DNA from: Campylobacterota bacterium
GTDB lineage: Bacteria > Campylobacterota > Campylobacteria > Campylobacterales > Arcobacteraceae
Assembly: GCA_051746405.1 (NCBI GenBank)
Contig: JBNJFB010000014.1
Coordinates: 1-47,800 of the forward strand
Length of the DNA stretch: 47,800 nt
Reading direction: 5' to 3'
The notes beneath the pieces are model-generated. The model saw nothing but the letters and a program-made list of their open reading frames with translations. It did no database searches and was not told the origin of the DNA. Positions 1-11,262 of this stretch are shown piece after piece (position 1 is the first letter of the stretch; every line of letters begins with the position of its first letter). The position numbers and the translations under genes are program-made.

Positions 1-17
1 ATTTTATAAACTTGTTT

Positions 18-29
18 TTTTAAAGATCA
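18..29 (-). promoter_or_regulatory. boxA-like antitermination sequence (TGATCTTTAAAA), probable rRNA operon leader
   Basis: Minus strand reads TGATCTTTAAAA about 60 nt downstream of a consensus sigma70 promoter; resembles rrn boxA. The rRNA gene itself is not in the window. Confidence 0.5.
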
Positions 30-87
30 TTTCCTCATTCATTTTGCTTAAACTTTTTATTGTTTGTCTCTGTGAATTTGGACGGGA

Positions 88-116
88 ATTATAGACAAAA
101 ATTAATGCTTTGTCAA
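88..116 (-). promoter_or_regulatory. Consensus sigma70 promoter firing leftwards out of the window (probable rrn promoter)
   Basis: TTGACA (116-111), 17 nt spacer, TATAAT (93-88), then GC-rich TCCCGTCC discriminator; A-tract-rich region upstream. Confidence 0.75.
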
Positions 117-285
117 GAGTATTTTATTAAAATTGACTTAAATTTTTTAATTTGTTGTTTTTTCTAGGGTTTACTTGTTTTTTATTGGGGTTTATTAATT
201 TTTTTGGATTATTTTGAAATTATTTTTTAGGTTTATAAGATTGAGGTATATTAAAAAAAGGGATTTGTTTTGATTAAAATTTGAA

Positions 286-360
286 TGGCTCCGGCACCTG
301 GATTCGAACCAGGGACCAAATGATTAACAGTCATCTACTCTACCGCTGAGCTATGCCGGA
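286..360 (-). tRNA. tRNA-Asn (GTT), copy 3
   Basis: TCCGGCATAGCTCAGCGGTAGAGTAGATGACTGTTAATCATTTGGTCCCTGGTTCGAATCCAGGTGCCGGAGCCA: cloverleaf, GTT anticodon, TTCGAAT T-loop, encoded CCA. Confidence 0.97.
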
Positions 361-393
361 AATTGTAAGTTAAAAAGTTGTTGTTGTTTAAAG

Positions 394-468
394 TGGCTCC
401 GGCACCTGGATTCGAACCAGGGACCAAATGATTAACAGTCATCTACTCTACCGCTGAGCTATGCCGGA
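394..468 (-). tRNA. tRNA-Asn (GTT), copy 2
   Basis: Identical 75-nt sequence. Confidence 0.97.
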
Positions 469-492
469 ATCTAAAAACAATATAATATAAAA

Positions 493-567
493 TGGCTCCG
501 GCACCTGGATTCGAACCAGGGACCAAATGATTAACAGTCATCTACTCTACCGCTGAGCTATGCCGGA
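493..567 (-). tRNA. tRNA-Asn (GTT), copy 1
   Basis: Identical 75-nt sequence. Confidence 0.97.
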
Positions 568-597
568 ATTTATAATCCATTTTTGAATTGGAGTGGA

Positions 598-626
598 ATT
601 ATAGTAAAAAAAAAATTTTTTGTCAA
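598..626 (-). promoter_or_regulatory. Consensus sigma70 promoter of the tRNA-Asn triplet
   Basis: TTGACA (626-621), 17 nt spacer, TATAAT (603-598), 30 nt upstream of the first tRNA. Confidence 0.8.
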
Positions 627-642
627 GATTTATGAAATTTTT

Positions 643-1554
643 TTATGAAATTTTATGAAATTCCACTCCACTGCTATTTATAATTTTAACTGTATTATCT
701 TTCACTAACTCTTCTAATATATTTTTAGAGTTTTTATCTAATAGATTATTTATATCTTCTAAAGTCATTGGCCTTCTTTTTAGAGTATTAATAATCTCAT
801 TTTTTGTAAAACTATTTAATTGCTTAGGTCTATTTTTATAGACAATATTAGTATTTAAAGATTCAAAATAGTTTGCAACATACTCTAAGTATTGATAATC
901 AACAGGCTTTACATCATAAGCAGGCGGTCTATCTATTGTACCTATATCAATTCTATGGGGATTAATTTCTTGCAATGCTTTATAAAGAAGTTTCAACTCT
1001 TCTTCTTTATCATTTAAAGTCTTAACAAATAAAATCTCAATAACAAAGTTATTAAGTGTCTGTTTAGAAAATGAAACCATTGCTGGAACAATTTTTTCTA
1101 TATTGATTTCATCATCAATTCTATCTAACTTTTTAAAACATTTTGAAGAGATACAATCAAGTGATAATTTAACCGTATCAATTTTTAACAATGCATTATA
1201 GGTCTCTTCTTTATAAATTGTACTTCCATTAGATAAGATTAATGTTTTAGTTTTACCTTTAATCCTATTTATTTCATCTATTAGTTCATTTAAGTATGGA
1301 TACAGTGTTGGTTCACCGTTTGCAGTTAATGTAATTACATCAATCTTTTTATTTTTTGAAAATGTATGCTTGATTTGTTCTATTATTTCATTAACAGATG
1401 GATAGTCAGTCATTTCTGACACTGTTTTTGCTTTATCTAATTCACAATATAGACAGTCAAAATTACACTGTTTTTTATCAGGTGAGAGATCAATACCTAA
1501 AGAGATACCAAATCTTCTTGAAGCTACTGGACCAAAAATAATTGGATTTTTCAT
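643..1554 (-). CDS. Radical SAM protein
   Basis: FGPVASRRFGISLG N-terminus and CNFDCLYC (CxxxCxxC) motif, GEPTLY. Confidence 0.9.
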   Translation of the reverse strand: MKNPIIFGPVASRRFGISLGIDLSPDKKQCNFDCLYCELDKAKTVSEMTDYPSVNEIIEQIKHTFSKNKKIDVITLTANGEPTLYPYLNELIDEINRIKGKTKTLILSNGSTIYKEETYNALLKIDTVKLSLDCISSKCFKKLDRIDDEINIEKIVPAMVSFSKQTLNNFVIEILFVKTLNDKEEELKLLYKALQEINPHRIDIGTIDRPPAYDVKPVDYQYLEYVANYFESLNTNIVYKNRPKQLNSFTKNEIINTLKRRPMTLEDINNLLDKNSKNILEELVKDNTVKIINSSGVEFHKIS

Positions 1555-1569
1555 AATATAAATAAAAAC

Positions 1570-1587
1570 AAGTAGTTTAAACTACTT
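1570..1587. repeat. Perfect 18-bp palindrome AAGTAGTTTAAACTACTT between hemE and the radical SAM gene
   Basis: Seen directly; flanked by A/T runs; possible weak terminator or processing hairpin. Confidence 0.5.
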
Positions 1588-2617
1588 ATTTTTTTGAAAC
1601 CCTATGACACTCTTGTACAAAATGTATTGCATTTTCTACTGGAACATCAGGTAAAATTCCATGTCCTAAATTGAAGATATGTCTTTTACCTTGCATGGTT
1701 TCTTGTATAACTTCAACACATTTTGTAGTAGCTTCTTTTGAGTATAATCTACAAGGTTCCATATTTCCTTGTAAAACATACTTGTCTCCAAGTTTCTCTT
1801 TTGCTAATGCCATTGGTGTTCCCCAGTCAACACCAAATACATCAAAGTCACCATATACTTTATCTAAAAATGCTGGAATTCCTTTTGGGAACATAATAAT
1901 AGGAATATGTGGATACTTTTCTTTGATATATTTTGCAATCTCAGCCATATAACTCCAAGAAAACTCATCATATTTACCTGGTTCTATAGCTCCTGCCCAT
2001 GAATCAAATACTTGAACAACATCTGCACCTGCTTGAATCTGTTTTTCTAAATAAAGTTTTATAGTATCTGTTACTTTTCTTAGAATATTATGTAAAAGTT
2101 CAGGTTGCGAATACATCATCTTTTTACAAATATTGTAGGTTTTTGTACCCTGCCCTTCAATCATATATGTAGCTAGAGTCCAAGGTGCACCTGTAAAACC
2201 AATTAAAGCTTTATCTTCAGGTAACTGTTCTTTTAAAAGCTTAATTGTATCATATACATACGTTAATTTACTAGCTGTATCTTCTGGACTAGCTAAGATA
2301 TCAATATCTTCCTGGCTTTTTATAGTACCATGAAAAACTGGACCTTTACCTTTTATAAACTCCAAGTCCATTCCCATTTCATCAGGAATTACTAATATAT
2401 CACTAAATAAAATAGCTGCATCAACCCCAACTATATCCAATGGCTGTAAAGTTACTTCACATGCTTTTTTTGGATTGTGGCATAAGTTTAAAAAACTTCC
2501 TACTTCTTCTCTTATGGCCATATACTGTGGTAAGTATCTACCTGCTTGCCTCATCATCCACACAGGTGTATACGGCGTTTCTTTTCCTAAACAAGCATCA
2601 ACAAAAATTTTTGACAT
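1586..2617 (-). CDS. hemE: Uroporphyrinogen decarboxylase
   Basis: [29 protein letters not shown] motifs. Confidence 0.97.
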   Translation of the reverse strand: MSKIFVDACLGKETPYTPVWMMRQAGRYLPQYMAIREEVGSFLNLCHNPKKACEVTLQPLDIVGVDAAILFSDILVIPDEMGMDLEFIKGKGPVFHGTIKSQEDIDILASPEDTASKLTYVYDTIKLLKEQLPEDKALIGFTGAPWTLATYMIEGQGTKTYNICKKMMYSQPELLHNILRKVTDTIKLYLEKQIQAGADVVQVFDSWAGAIEPGKYDEFSWSYMAEIAKYIKEKYPHIPIIMFPKGIPAFLDKVYGDFDVFGVDWGTPMALAKEKLGDKYVLQGNMEPCRLYSKEATTKCVEVIQETMQGKRHIFNLGHGILPDVPVENAIHFVQECHRVSKK

Positions 2618-3654
2618 TATAAATCACTTTCCATTTCAATCCATTTTAAAGCAATTCTAACTGAGTTAGTTGCTGCACCTACTCTTACTTGATCTGCAAC
2701 ATTAAAGAAATGAACCATATTTGGTGAATAAACATCTTTTCTAATTCTACCAACATATGTAATATCTGTATCAGTTGATATTATAGGCATTGGATATGCA
2801 TTTGCTTTTAAATCATCAATTACTGCAACATTTTCAAATGAAGCTAGACTATTTCTTACTTCATTTACATCAACATCAACATTCTCATCAAAAGTTACTG
2901 TAATTGATTCTGAGTGTGATCTTAAAACTGGAACTCTTACACAAGTAGCTGCAACTTGCATTTGCTTATGCATGATCTTTTGAGTTTCATTGATCATTTT
3001 CATCTCTTCTTTTGTAAATAAATTATCCTCTGGCTTATCTATTTGAGGAATTACATTTAGTGCAATTTGATGTGCAAATGCATCTTTTTTACTCTCATCT
3101 AATTTAAACTCAAAAAAGTCTTTCATCTGCATTACAAGCTCTTCCATTCCAGCTTTTCCAGAACCTGAAACTGCTTGATAAGTTGATACATCAACTCTTT
3201 TTATTCCATATAACTCATCTAATGGTTTTAATGATAATACCATTTGAATAGTTGAACAGTTAGGATTTGCAATAATACCTGATTGTCTCCATGCTCTTAT
3301 ATCTTCAGGGTTAACTTCAGGTACTACTAATGGAACATTTTGATCCATTCTAAAGTGACTTGTATTATCAATTACAACAGCACCTGCTTCAACTGCATAT
3401 TTTGCAAATTTTTCAGAAATCGAACCACCTGCACTAAAAAATGCAATATCAACTTCATTTTCATCAAATACAGTTTCAGTAAGCTCTTGTACTGTTACTT
3501 CCTTGCCTTTGTATTCAACTTTAGAACCAGCACTTTTTGCACTGGCTAATGGCACGATATTATTTACAGGGAAATCATAATCCGCCATAACTCTTAATAG
3601 TTCTTCTCCAACTGCACCTGTTGCTCCTACGATTGCTACATTAAATTTTTTCAT
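2617..3654 (-). CDS. asd: Aspartate-semialdehyde dehydrogenase
   Basis: [16 protein letters not shown] (catalytic Cys), [16 protein letters not shown]. Confidence 0.97.
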   Translation of the reverse strand: MKKFNVAIVGATGAVGEELLRVMADYDFPVNNIVPLASAKSAGSKVEYKGKEVTVQELTETVFDENEVDIAFFSAGGSISEKFAKYAVEAGAVVIDNTSHFRMDQNVPLVVPEVNPEDIRAWRQSGIIANPNCSTIQMVLSLKPLDELYGIKRVDVSTYQAVSGSGKAGMEELVMQMKDFFEFKLDESKKDAFAHQIALNVIPQIDKPEDNLFTKEEMKMINETQKIMHKQMQVAATCVRVPVLRSHSESITVTFDENVDVDVNEVRNSLASFENVAVIDDLKANAYPMPIISTDTDITYVGRIRKDVYSPNMVHFFNVADQVRVGAATNSVRIALKWIEMESDL

Positions 3655-6239
3655 TATTTATCTTCCTTTTTATCTTCTAAGTTATCAATTAGTGATTTTG
3701 TTTCTTGAGCTTTTGAGCCATCATCAACTTCAATTTGCTCAATAATTTCACCCTCTTCATTATATCTAATTACATTACCATTTTCATCCACTTCAATCTC
3801 TTCATCTTGCTTTGGACATTTTGCAATTGATACAACTTTATCACCTTTGTCAACATCTACAATAATAACACCAGATGTATTTCTTCCAGCTTTTCTAATA
3901 GTTTGCATATCAACTCTAATCATTTTTCCAATTGAGGTTAAAGCCATTAGGTCTTGTGAATCATCAACTAAAACTTCACCAACAACATTCCCAGTTTTAT
4001 TTGAAAGTTTCATAGATATCACACCTGAACCTGCTCTATTTGTGAGTCTATACTCATCTACTATTGTTCTTTTCCCTATACCTTTTTGTGATATTGTTAA
4101 AATCTCTTGCTCTTCATTATCAATTACATCTGCATCTACAACTATGTCACTATCAAGTTTAAACTTAATACCTCTTACACCTCTTGTAGTTCTTCCTTGC
4201 TCTCTTGTCTTTTCAATATCAAATCTTATACATTGACCCAAACTTGTAAATATCATTATATATTGTGAGTTAACATCTGTAATTTTAGCTGTTACAACCT
4301 CATCTACATCATCTAGTACAATTGCTCTAACACCATTACTTCTAATATTACTAAATTCAGATAGTGATGTTCTTTTTACAATACCATTTTTTGTAAAGAA
4401 TGCTAATGACTTACTCTCATCAAAATCAGAAGTTGGCAAGATAGCCATTATTTTTTCATCAGCTCTTAAGTTTATTAGGTTAACTACTGCTTTACCTTTT
4501 GCTGTTCTGCTACCTTCTGGGATTTTATATACTTTTAACCAATATAGTTGTCCCATATTTGTAATAAACATTAAAGTATCATGGGTATTTGAAACAAAGA
4601 ATTTCTCAATAAAGTCATCATCATGAGTAGTAACAGCTACTTTACCTTTACCACCTCTTCTTTGTTTTTCATAAGATTTAATAGGTACTCTTTTAACATA
4701 ACCATTATGTGTTATTGTAACTACCATTGGTTCATTTGGTATTAAATCTTCAATATCAATTTCATCATATGAATCTTCAATCTCTGTTCTTCTTTCATCT
4801 GAGTATTTATCTTTTATCTCTACTAACTCTTCTGTAATGATTTCGTTTAATTTCTCTTCTGATTTTAATATTGCTTCAAGCTCTGCAATTAAAGCTAGTA
4901 ACTCTTGATATTCAGCTTCTAACTTATCTCTTTGAAGCCCTGTTAATCTTCCAAGTCTCATATCTAAAATAGCTTGAGATTGAATAACTGATAGTCCAAA
5001 TCTATCTTGTAGTTTATCTTTTGCTTCACTATCATTTGAGGAGCTTCTAATAATCTGTACAACTTCGTCAATATTATCAAGTGCTATTTTTAGGCCTTCT
5101 AAAATATGAGCTCTAGCTTTTGCTTTTTCTAAATCAAAAATTGTTCTTCTAATAATAACAGTTTTTCTATGAGCTAAAAAAGTATTTAGTAGCTGTGGTA
5201 AGTTAAATACCTTTGGTTCTTTATTATGAACTGCTAAAAGAATAATACCAAAAGTTGTCTCCATAGGTGTGGATTTATATAGATTATTTAATACAATTTC
5301 ACCCATTGCATCTTTTTTAAGTTCAATTACTACTCTGATACCTTCTCTATCAGACTCATCTCTTACTTCACTGATACCATCGATTTGTTTATCTTTTGCT
5401 AAAGTTGCAATTTGTTCAATAAGTCTTGATTTATTAACTTGGTATGGTAACTCATCAAGTACAATTACCTCTTTTTTACCTTTTGTCTCTATATGATGTT
5501 TTGCTCTTATTTTTACTCTACCACGTCCTGTCTTATAAGCATCAATTATACCTCTTCTTCCAAAGATTGTACCACCTGTTGGGAAATCAGGTCCTTTAAT
5601 AAACTGTAGTAACTCATCTGAAGTTGAACTAGGATTTTCAATCATATGCAGTACTGCATCTAATAGTTCACCTAAATTATGAGGAGGAATTTTTGTAGCC
5701 ATACCAACAGCAATCCCCTCACTACCATTTAAAAGAAGTGTTGGTACTCTTGTAGGTAATACAGTTGGTTCTTTTAATGTATCATCATAGTTTTGAACAT
5801 AGTTGATAGTATCTTTATCTATATCTTTTAAAACATCTTCAGATATTTTTGTCATTCTAGCTTCTGTATATCTCATAGCAGCTGCATTATCACCATCAAT
5901 TGAACCAAAGTTTCCTTGACCATCTACAAGTGGTGCTCTCATTGAGAAGTTTTGTGCCATTCTAACTAATGCATCATAAACTGAACTATCACCATGTGGA
6001 TGATACTTACCAATAACATCACCAACAATTCTTGCTGATTTTTTATAAGGAGATCTTGGGGAAAGGCTTAAGTTATGCATTGCATAAAGTATTCTTCTAT
6101 GAACAGGTTTTAATCCATCTTTTGCATCAGGTAACGCTCTACCTATAATAACACTCATAGAGTAGTCTAAATATGAAGATTTGACAGAGTCTTCAATATT
6201 AATATCAATTATATCTTGATTTTCAAAAAGGTTTTCCAT
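3654..6239 (-). CDS. gyrA: DNA gyrase subunit A
   Basis: [24 protein letters not shown], GyrA box QRRGGKG, acidic tail. Confidence 0.98.
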   Translation of the reverse strand: MENLFENQDIIDINIEDSVKSSYLDYSMSVIIGRALPDAKDGLKPVHRRILYAMHNLSLSPRSPYKKSARIVGDVIGKYHPHGDSSVYDALVRMAQNFSMRAPLVDGQGNFGSIDGDNAAAMRYTEARMTKISEDVLKDIDKDTINYVQNYDDTLKEPTVLPTRVPTLLLNGSEGIAVGMATKIPPHNLGELLDAVLHMIENPSSTSDELLQFIKGPDFPTGGTIFGRRGIIDAYKTGRGRVKIRAKHHIETKGKKEVIVLDELPYQVNKSRLIEQIATLAKDKQIDGISEVRDESDREGIRVVIELKKDAMGEIVLNNLYKSTPMETTFGIILLAVHNKEPKVFNLPQLLNTFLAHRKTVIIRRTIFDLEKAKARAHILEGLKIALDNIDEVVQIIRSSSNDSEAKDKLQDRFGLSVIQSQAILDMRLGRLTGLQRDKLEAEYQELLALIAELEAILKSEEKLNEIITEELVEIKDKYSDERRTEIEDSYDEIDIEDLIPNEPMVVTITHNGYVKRVPIKSYEKQRRGGKGKVAVTTHDDDFIEKFFVSNTHDTLMFITNMGQLYWLKVYKIPEGSRTAKGKAVVNLINLRADEKIMAILPTSDFDESKSLAFFTKNGIVKRTSLSEFSNIRSNGVRAIVLDDVDEVVTAKITDVNSQYIMIFTSLGQCIRFDIEKTREQGRTTRGVRGIKFKLDSDIVVDADVIDNEEQEILTISQKGIGKRTIVDEYRLTNRAGSGVISMKLSNKTGNVVGEVLVDDSQDLMALTSIGKMIRVDMQTIRKAGRNTSGVIIVDVDKGDKVVSIAKCPKQDEEIEVDENGNVIRYNEEGEIIEQIEVDDGSKAQETKSLIDNLEDKKEDK

Positions 6240-6271
6240 ACTAAAAAGGCCTTTATTTATAAAATTTGAAT

Positions 6272-6280
6272 ATTATAACA
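6272..6280 (-). promoter_or_regulatory. Extended -10 promoter (TGTTATAAT) upstream of gyrA
   Basis: TGnTATAAT about 33 nt before the ATG. Confidence 0.5.
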
Positions 6281-6323
6281 AAAATGTTCTTAGTGTAAGT
6301 TGTAAAGGGAAGTCTAGCTAAAA

Positions 6324-6346
6324 AAAAAGAGAAAAATTCTCTTTTT
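6324..6346 (-). terminator. Probable intrinsic terminator after the DUF465-like gene
   Basis: AAAAAGAGA-AAAAT-TCTCTTTTT hairpin with a U-run on the minus strand. Confidence 0.55.
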
Positions 6347-6347
6347 A

Positions 6348-6560
6348 TTAGCTATTTTTTTGTTTTAAAATCATATCGTAGATTTCATCTTTTAATTTAA
6401 GTTTTTGCTTTTTCTTCTCTTCAATTGTAAATTGATCAGCATGCTCTTTTTCCATCTTCTCAATTTCATCATCTAAATTATTATGCTTTTCAAATACTGC
6501 ATTAAAGTGATTATTTGTCTGCTTTAGCTCTGCTATTGTATCTCTGTGTTCGTGAAACAT
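6348..6560 (-). CDS. YdcH/DUF465 family small protein
   Basis: MFHEHRDTI..LK..NNHF..VFEKHNNLD..KKQKLKLKDEI pattern. Confidence 0.85.
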   Translation of the reverse strand: MFHEHRDTIAELKQTNNHFNAVFEKHNNLDDEIEKMEKEHADQFTIEEKKKQKLKLKDEIYDMILKQKNS

Positions 6561-6626
6561 TTTAAATCCTACCTTTTTATAAATTTAAATCTATTTTACT
6601 ATTAATGAACTTAATACTATTTAAAC

Positions 6627-7808
6627 TCATGTCCTATAGTCTGCATTAATTTTTACATACTCATAACCTAAGTCACAGCCATAAGCTGTAAAGCACTCTT
6701 TTCCTTGTCCAATATCACAAACTATTTTAAAACTGCTATTTTTTAAAACATCTGCAGCTTTTTGCTCTTGGGCTTTATCAAATATAATCTCACCTTTTTT
6801 ATACACTATAACATCATTATAAGATATAGTTAAGGTTTGTTCATCACACTTAATTTTTGATGCACCAATAGTTGAAGCTATTCTTCCAAAATTTGGGTCT
6901 TCCCCAAATAATGCTGTTTTTACTAGTAGTGAGTTTGCTAAAGCCTTTGCAGCTTTTTGTGCCTCTTCATAGGTAGCTGCATTTTTAACTTCAAATGCTA
7001 CAGATTTTTTAGCACCCTCTCCATCACTTACCATTTTAATTGCTAAGTCATGCATACACAATCTTAATGCTTCTTTAAAAGCCTCTTTATCATAACTATT
7101 TGATTTTTTATTTGCAAGTAACATTACTGTATCATTTGTTGAAGTATCACCATCTACTGAAATAGCATTAAAAGTTGTTTCACTATTTTGTTTAAGTGCT
7201 TCTTTCATATCTTGCGATGGTATATTTGCATCAGTCATTATAAAACATAGCATAGTTGCCAGGTTTGGATTTATCATACCTGCACCTTTTGCAACTGCTT
7301 TTATTCTAAAAGATGTGTTGTCTTCTAAATTAACCTCATACATAACCTCTTTTTCAAATGAGTCTGTGGTCATTATAGACTTAGAGAGATTTGAGAAGTT
7401 TTGAGATTTTAAATCAAATCTATTTGCACCATTTATTATTTTTTCTTTTGGAAGTCGCTCGCCTATTACTCCTGTACTACTCATAATTGGATTGTGTAAG
7501 TTAAAGCTTAAAGAGCTTAATATATCATCAATATCTTCAATACCTTTTTTTCCTGTTAATGCATTTGCATTTTTTGAATTTATCAATATAAAGTTAGTTT
7601 TAAAACTCTCTTCTTTTGATAAAAAATGCAGTAGTGGTGCTGCTTTAAATCTATTTTCAGTAAATACAGCTTCTATATCGCAAAGTTCGTTACTATAAAT
7701 AAATCCCAAATCATTATTACCATTTGATTTTAATCCCGCATTTAAGCCATCATAAAAAAATCCATCTATATGGTTTTTGTTACTATTTAATGGAGTAATT
7801 GTAAACAT
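6627..7808 (-). CDS. argJ: Bifunctional ornithine acetyltransferase / N-acetylglutamate synthase
   Basis: SSTGVIG, KGAGMINPNLATML, DGDTSTND, DGEGAKK, INADYRT. Confidence 0.96.
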   Translation of the reverse strand: MFTITPLNSNKNHIDGFFYDGLNAGLKSNGNNDLGFIYSNELCDIEAVFTENRFKAAPLLHFLSKEESFKTNFILINSKNANALTGKKGIEDIDDILSSLSFNLHNPIMSSTGVIGERLPKEKIINGANRFDLKSQNFSNLSKSIMTTDSFEKEVMYEVNLEDNTSFRIKAVAKGAGMINPNLATMLCFIMTDANIPSQDMKEALKQNSETTFNAISVDGDTSTNDTVMLLANKKSNSYDKEAFKEALRLCMHDLAIKMVSDGEGAKKSVAFEVKNAATYEEAQKAAKALANSLLVKTALFGEDPNFGRIASTIGASKIKCDEQTLTISYNDVIVYKKGEIIFDKAQEQKAADVLKNSSFKIVCDIGQGKECFTAYGCDLGYEYVKINADYRT

Positions 7809-8936
7809 CTACAAGTCCTTTGGTTTATCTGTTAAATTAATTATTCTTTTTGCTCTTGCAATACCTTTTTGTGAACCAACTAAAAGAAGCTTACTATTTG
7901 CAGTGATACTAATAGTACCTTTTGGCATTTGAATAAATTTTCCTTTTTTTTCTGTTATTCCAATAACTGAAACTTTTAATCTATCTCTTAAGTGTAAATC
8001 TTTTATCTCTCTATTTACAACCCATGAGTCTTCATTTACATAAACCTCTTCCATATCAATAGGAGTGTCACGCTTATATAAAAACTCATCAAGTACATTT
8101 TCCATATCAGGTCTAATAGCCATTGCACTCACTCTTTTTGCCATAAGCGAAGGTGTTGCTACAACTTTATCAGCACCTAGCTTCTTAAGTCTAATTTTTT
8201 CATTTTGGGTCTCTGCATTTGAAATAACCAAATAAGGACTTCTACCTAACTCTTTTTCATAAAGTCTAACAGATGCAATCAAAGTAATATTGTTTGAGAT
8301 ATTTTTTGATAAAGATATGGCACCTTTTGCAGAACTCAAGTGAGATTTTAGAAAAGCAACCTCTTTATATGGTTCCTCTTTAACATAATAGGGATATCCA
8401 TATGTTTTAGCTATATCTTCTATATCATCACTTGGGTCCACAACAACAAATGGAATATGATTCTCTTTAAACTGTTTTGCTAACTGAGCTGTGTATTCAT
8501 TATGATAAAAAATAACAAAATGTCGTCTTAGCCTTGCAATTTTATATAACATACTACGTTCCTTTAATAACTCTAAAATATTTCCATTTGATATAGTATC
8601 AATCAAGATACCAACTGAAAAAGTAAGTACAGCAAATCCTAATAACATCAAAGTTACTGTAAATATTATACCTTGGTTACTAAAATTACTCTCATTAAGT
8701 ACTCCAAAACCTGTAGTTGTAAAAGTATATGCAGACTGAAAGATACCATGCATTAAACTGTAGTCTTCAAGATATACATAACCTAATGCACCAACCATAA
8801 GAATAATTTGAACAAGTATTAAAGGTAATCTAAAAGGTTTTAGTTTGGAATATATTATAGGGTTTAAATCGTATTCTGGTTTGGCTGGTCTAATATCCCA
8901 GCCAAGAGCTTTTTTTAATCTTCTAAGAAGGCTCAT
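7809..8936 (-). CDS. Potassium channel protein with TrkA-N/TrkA-C domains
   Basis: Two TM helices, pore-like TTTGFG, RCK domains. Confidence 0.88.
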   Translation of the reverse strand: MSLLRRLKKALGWDIRPAKPEYDLNPIIYSKLKPFRLPLILVQIILMVGALGYVYLEDYSLMHGIFQSAYTFTTTGFGVLNESNFSNQGIIFTVTLMLLGFAVLTFSVGILIDTISNGNILELLKERSMLYKIARLRRHFVIFYHNEYTAQLAKQFKENHIPFVVVDPSDDIEDIAKTYGYPYYVKEEPYKEVAFLKSHLSSAKGAISLSKNISNNITLIASVRLYEKELGRSPYLVISNAETQNEKIRLKKLGADKVVATPSLMAKRVSAMAIRPDMENVLDEFLYKRDTPIDMEEVYVNEDSWVVNREIKDLHLRDRLKVSVIGITEKKGKFIQMPKGTISITANSKLLLVGSQKGIARAKRIINLTDKPKDL

Positions 8937-8959
8937 AGAAGCACTTTTCTAGTGCTCTC

Positions 8960-9148
8960 TTATGAGTTTTTTTTAAGAGTTCTTAACTCTTTTGCTGACA
9001 TTTTGATTTTTCTTGTTGTACCATCTTCTAAAGTAACTCTAACAGTTCTTAAGTTTGGTAAAAATCTTTTTTTAACTCTGTTTTTAGCGTGACTCACGTT
9101 GTTTCCAACCATTGGTCCCTTACCTGAAATTGCACATTTTCTTGACAT
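8960..9148 (-). CDS. rpmB: 50S ribosomal protein L28
   Basis: [21 protein letters not shown]...FLPNL. Confidence 0.98.
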   Translation of the reverse strand: MSRKCAISGKGPMVGNNVSHAKNRVKKRFLPNLRTVRVTLEDGTTRKIKMSAKELRTLKKNS

Positions 9149-9209
9149 TTGTCTTCCTTATCTAGTGAAAAATATTTGCGTATTTTACCTTATTATTCTT
9201 AATATATAT

Positions 9210-10079
9210 TTAAATACTAGCTAATATCTCTTCGAATCTATTTAAATTTTTCTCTAAAGTATAGTTTTTTGCTATATCTCTATTTTGTTTTTTAATACTT
9301 TTCATCTCTTCTTTTTGCATTAAAACTGCATCAATTTTAAAAGTAGCAGACTTATCACTTGGATTTTCCATGGTTGAAAAAATATCAATTAACTCTTTTG
9401 AGTGATTAATAGCTGTTGTAAAAACAACACACTTACAATACATTGCTTTTAATACATTTGCAGCAAAAGCTTTATAGTTTGTAGGTAGAAAAAATATATC
9501 AGCTGCTAAAAATAGCTCATCTATATTTTCATGATTTTCAACTAAAACTATTTTATTACTATAATTAAACTTTGATAAATGAAATTTTAAATTTGTAATC
9601 TGATTAGAATCACCAGCAATAATTGCTTGAAAATTATCTTCTGAAAGTGAAAAAATCACTTCAATAAACTCTCTAGCACCTGAGTTTTTAAATTTTTTTG
9701 CAGTGAAAAAAATTAACTTCTTTTTGGAATCAATATCCAACTTCTCACAAACTCTTTGTTTTACTATCTTTGGCTTTTCATACTCTATATCAACACTTGG
9801 ATAGATAACCTTTATTTTATCTTCTTCAATTCCATAGTTATTTATAAGTTCATATTTTGAAGCTAATGAATTGACAATAGTAATTTTTGAGTTTTCAACT
9901 TTTTTTATTTCATCTTTATTTAGCACTCCTGAAGTAAAATGAACATCAGCATATCTTTTTTTGATAAAAGGCAAACTACTTAATAATCCATCATTTTTTA
10001 TTAATGAAATCTGCTCTTTTTGTAATATTTTATCAATCAAACTATTCTTTGTCTTATAAGATACAGTAACTTTACCCAT
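9210..10079 (-). CDS. GT-B fold (family 4-like) glycosyltransferase, degenerate motif
   Basis: KIKVIYPSVD, ELFLAADIFFLPT; the usual E-x7-E motif reads K-x7-K. Confidence 0.75.
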   Translation of the reverse strand: MGKVTVSYKTKNSLIDKILQKEQISLIKNDGLLSSLPFIKKRYADVHFTSGVLNKDEIKKVENSKITIVNSLASKYELINNYGIEEDKIKVIYPSVDIEYEKPKIVKQRVCEKLDIDSKKKLIFFTAKKFKNSGAREFIEVIFSLSEDNFQAIIAGDSNQITNLKFHLSKFNYSNKIVLVENHENIDELFLAADIFFLPTNYKAFAANVLKAMYCKCVVFTTAINHSKELIDIFSTMENPSDKSATFKIDAVLMQKEEMKSIKKQNRDIAKNYTLEKNLNRFEEILASI

Positions 10080-10181
10080 CTATCCTCTTTTAGTTAAAAT
10101 TCAAAATTATTATAAAATTTAAATTTACCGTAAACTTTATTAAAATACACTATTATATAAATAAATTATAAAGGAGAAGTT

Positions 10182-10694
10182 TTGAATAAAAAAAGAGTTA
10201 TTTTTTTAGATAGGGATGGTATCATAAATATTGATAAAAACTATGTTTACAAAATAGAAGAGTTTGAGTTTTGTAATGATATTTTTGAGTTATGCAACTA
10301 TTTAAAAAAACTAAACTATGAATTAATAGTAGTAACTAATCAGTCAGGCATAGGTAGAGGATACTACACTATAGAGGATTTTAAAAAACTTACAAACTGG
10401 ATGATAAGTCAGTTTAATAAACAAAAAATAGAACTATTAGATATTTTTTACTGTCCACATGCTCCTGAAGAGAACTGTACTTGTAGAAAACCTAAAACTG
10501 GAATGATAGAAAAAGCTAAAAAAAAATATAATATAGATTTAGATAGCTCATGGTTGATTGGTGATAAAATCACAGATATTCAAGCAGCAATAAATGCAAA
10601 AATTCCTAACCAAATCTTAGTAAATAGTAAGAAAATAGATTTTGAATATAAAGTAGAAAAATTAAGCCAAATCAAACAAATAATTAAAAAATAA
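10182..10694 (+). CDS. gmhB: D-glycero-D-manno-heptose 1,7-bisphosphate phosphatase
   Basis: FLDRDG, VTNQSGIGRG, CPH..CTCRKP, IGDK.TD. Confidence 0.95.
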   Translation: MNKKRVIFLDRDGIINIDKNYVYKIEEFEFCNDIFELCNYLKKLNYELIVVTNQSGIGRGYYTIEDFKKLTNWMISQFNKQKIELLDIFYCPHAPEENCTCRKPKTGMIEKAKKKYNIDLDSSWLIGDKITDIQAAINAKIPNQILVNSKKIDFEYKVEKLSQIKQIIKK

Positions 10695-10695
10695 C

Positions 10696-11262
10696 TCAAT
10701 ACTCATCATCTATTAACTGACAAATTATATGTATAAATAAAATATGAAGCTCTTGAATTCTAGGAGTATTAAAAGAGGGAATATCCAAAATAAAATCACT
10801 AATTTCTTTTAAATTTGAGATATTATTACCACAAAAAGCTACTGTTGTACATAGTTTTTCTTTGCCTTGACTTAATGCATTTAGTATATTTTTACTCTCT
10901 CCACTAGTTGATATACCTATTATAACATCACCTTCATTTGCCAAAGCCTCTACTTGTCTTTTAAAAATATTTTCAAATCCTAAATCATTACCAATAGCTG
11001 TTAAAACTGAAGTATCTGTGGTCAAAGCAACTGCACTTAAAGCTTTTCTATTTTTTTTATACCTACATGAAAGTTCAGTTGCAAAGTGTTGTGCATCAGC
11101 TGCACTTCCACCGTTTCCACAAATTAAAACTTTTTTATTACTTTTAAATGCTAATAAAATTTCATTTGCCACATCTTGCAAACTCTTAATTAACTCTTCA
11201 TTTATCATATTTACAACATTTTGATGCTCTTTTATTTCACTCAAAACTATATTTTTAATCAT
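10696..11262 (-). CDS. gmhA: Phosphoheptose isomerase
   Basis: CGNGGSAADAQH, ISTSG, TPRIQE.H. Confidence 0.96.
   Translation of the reverse strand: MIKNIVLSEIKEHQNVVNMINEELIKSLQDVANEILLAFKSNKKVLICGNGGSAADAQHFATELSCRYKKNRKALSAVALTTDTSVLTAIGNDLGFENIFKRQVEALANEGDVIIGISTSGESKNILNALSQGKEKLCTTVAFCGNNISNLKEISDFILDIPSFNTPRIQELHILFIHIICQLIDDEY

Noticed and set aside
286..567. Repeat-spacer pattern resembling a CRISPR array
   Set aside because: The repeats are complete 75-nt tRNA-Asn genes and there are no cas genes.
5985..5987. GyrA residue 85 is Ser rather than the Thr common in Campylobacterota
   Set aside because: Equivalent to wild-type E. coli Ser83; not evidence of quinolone resistance.
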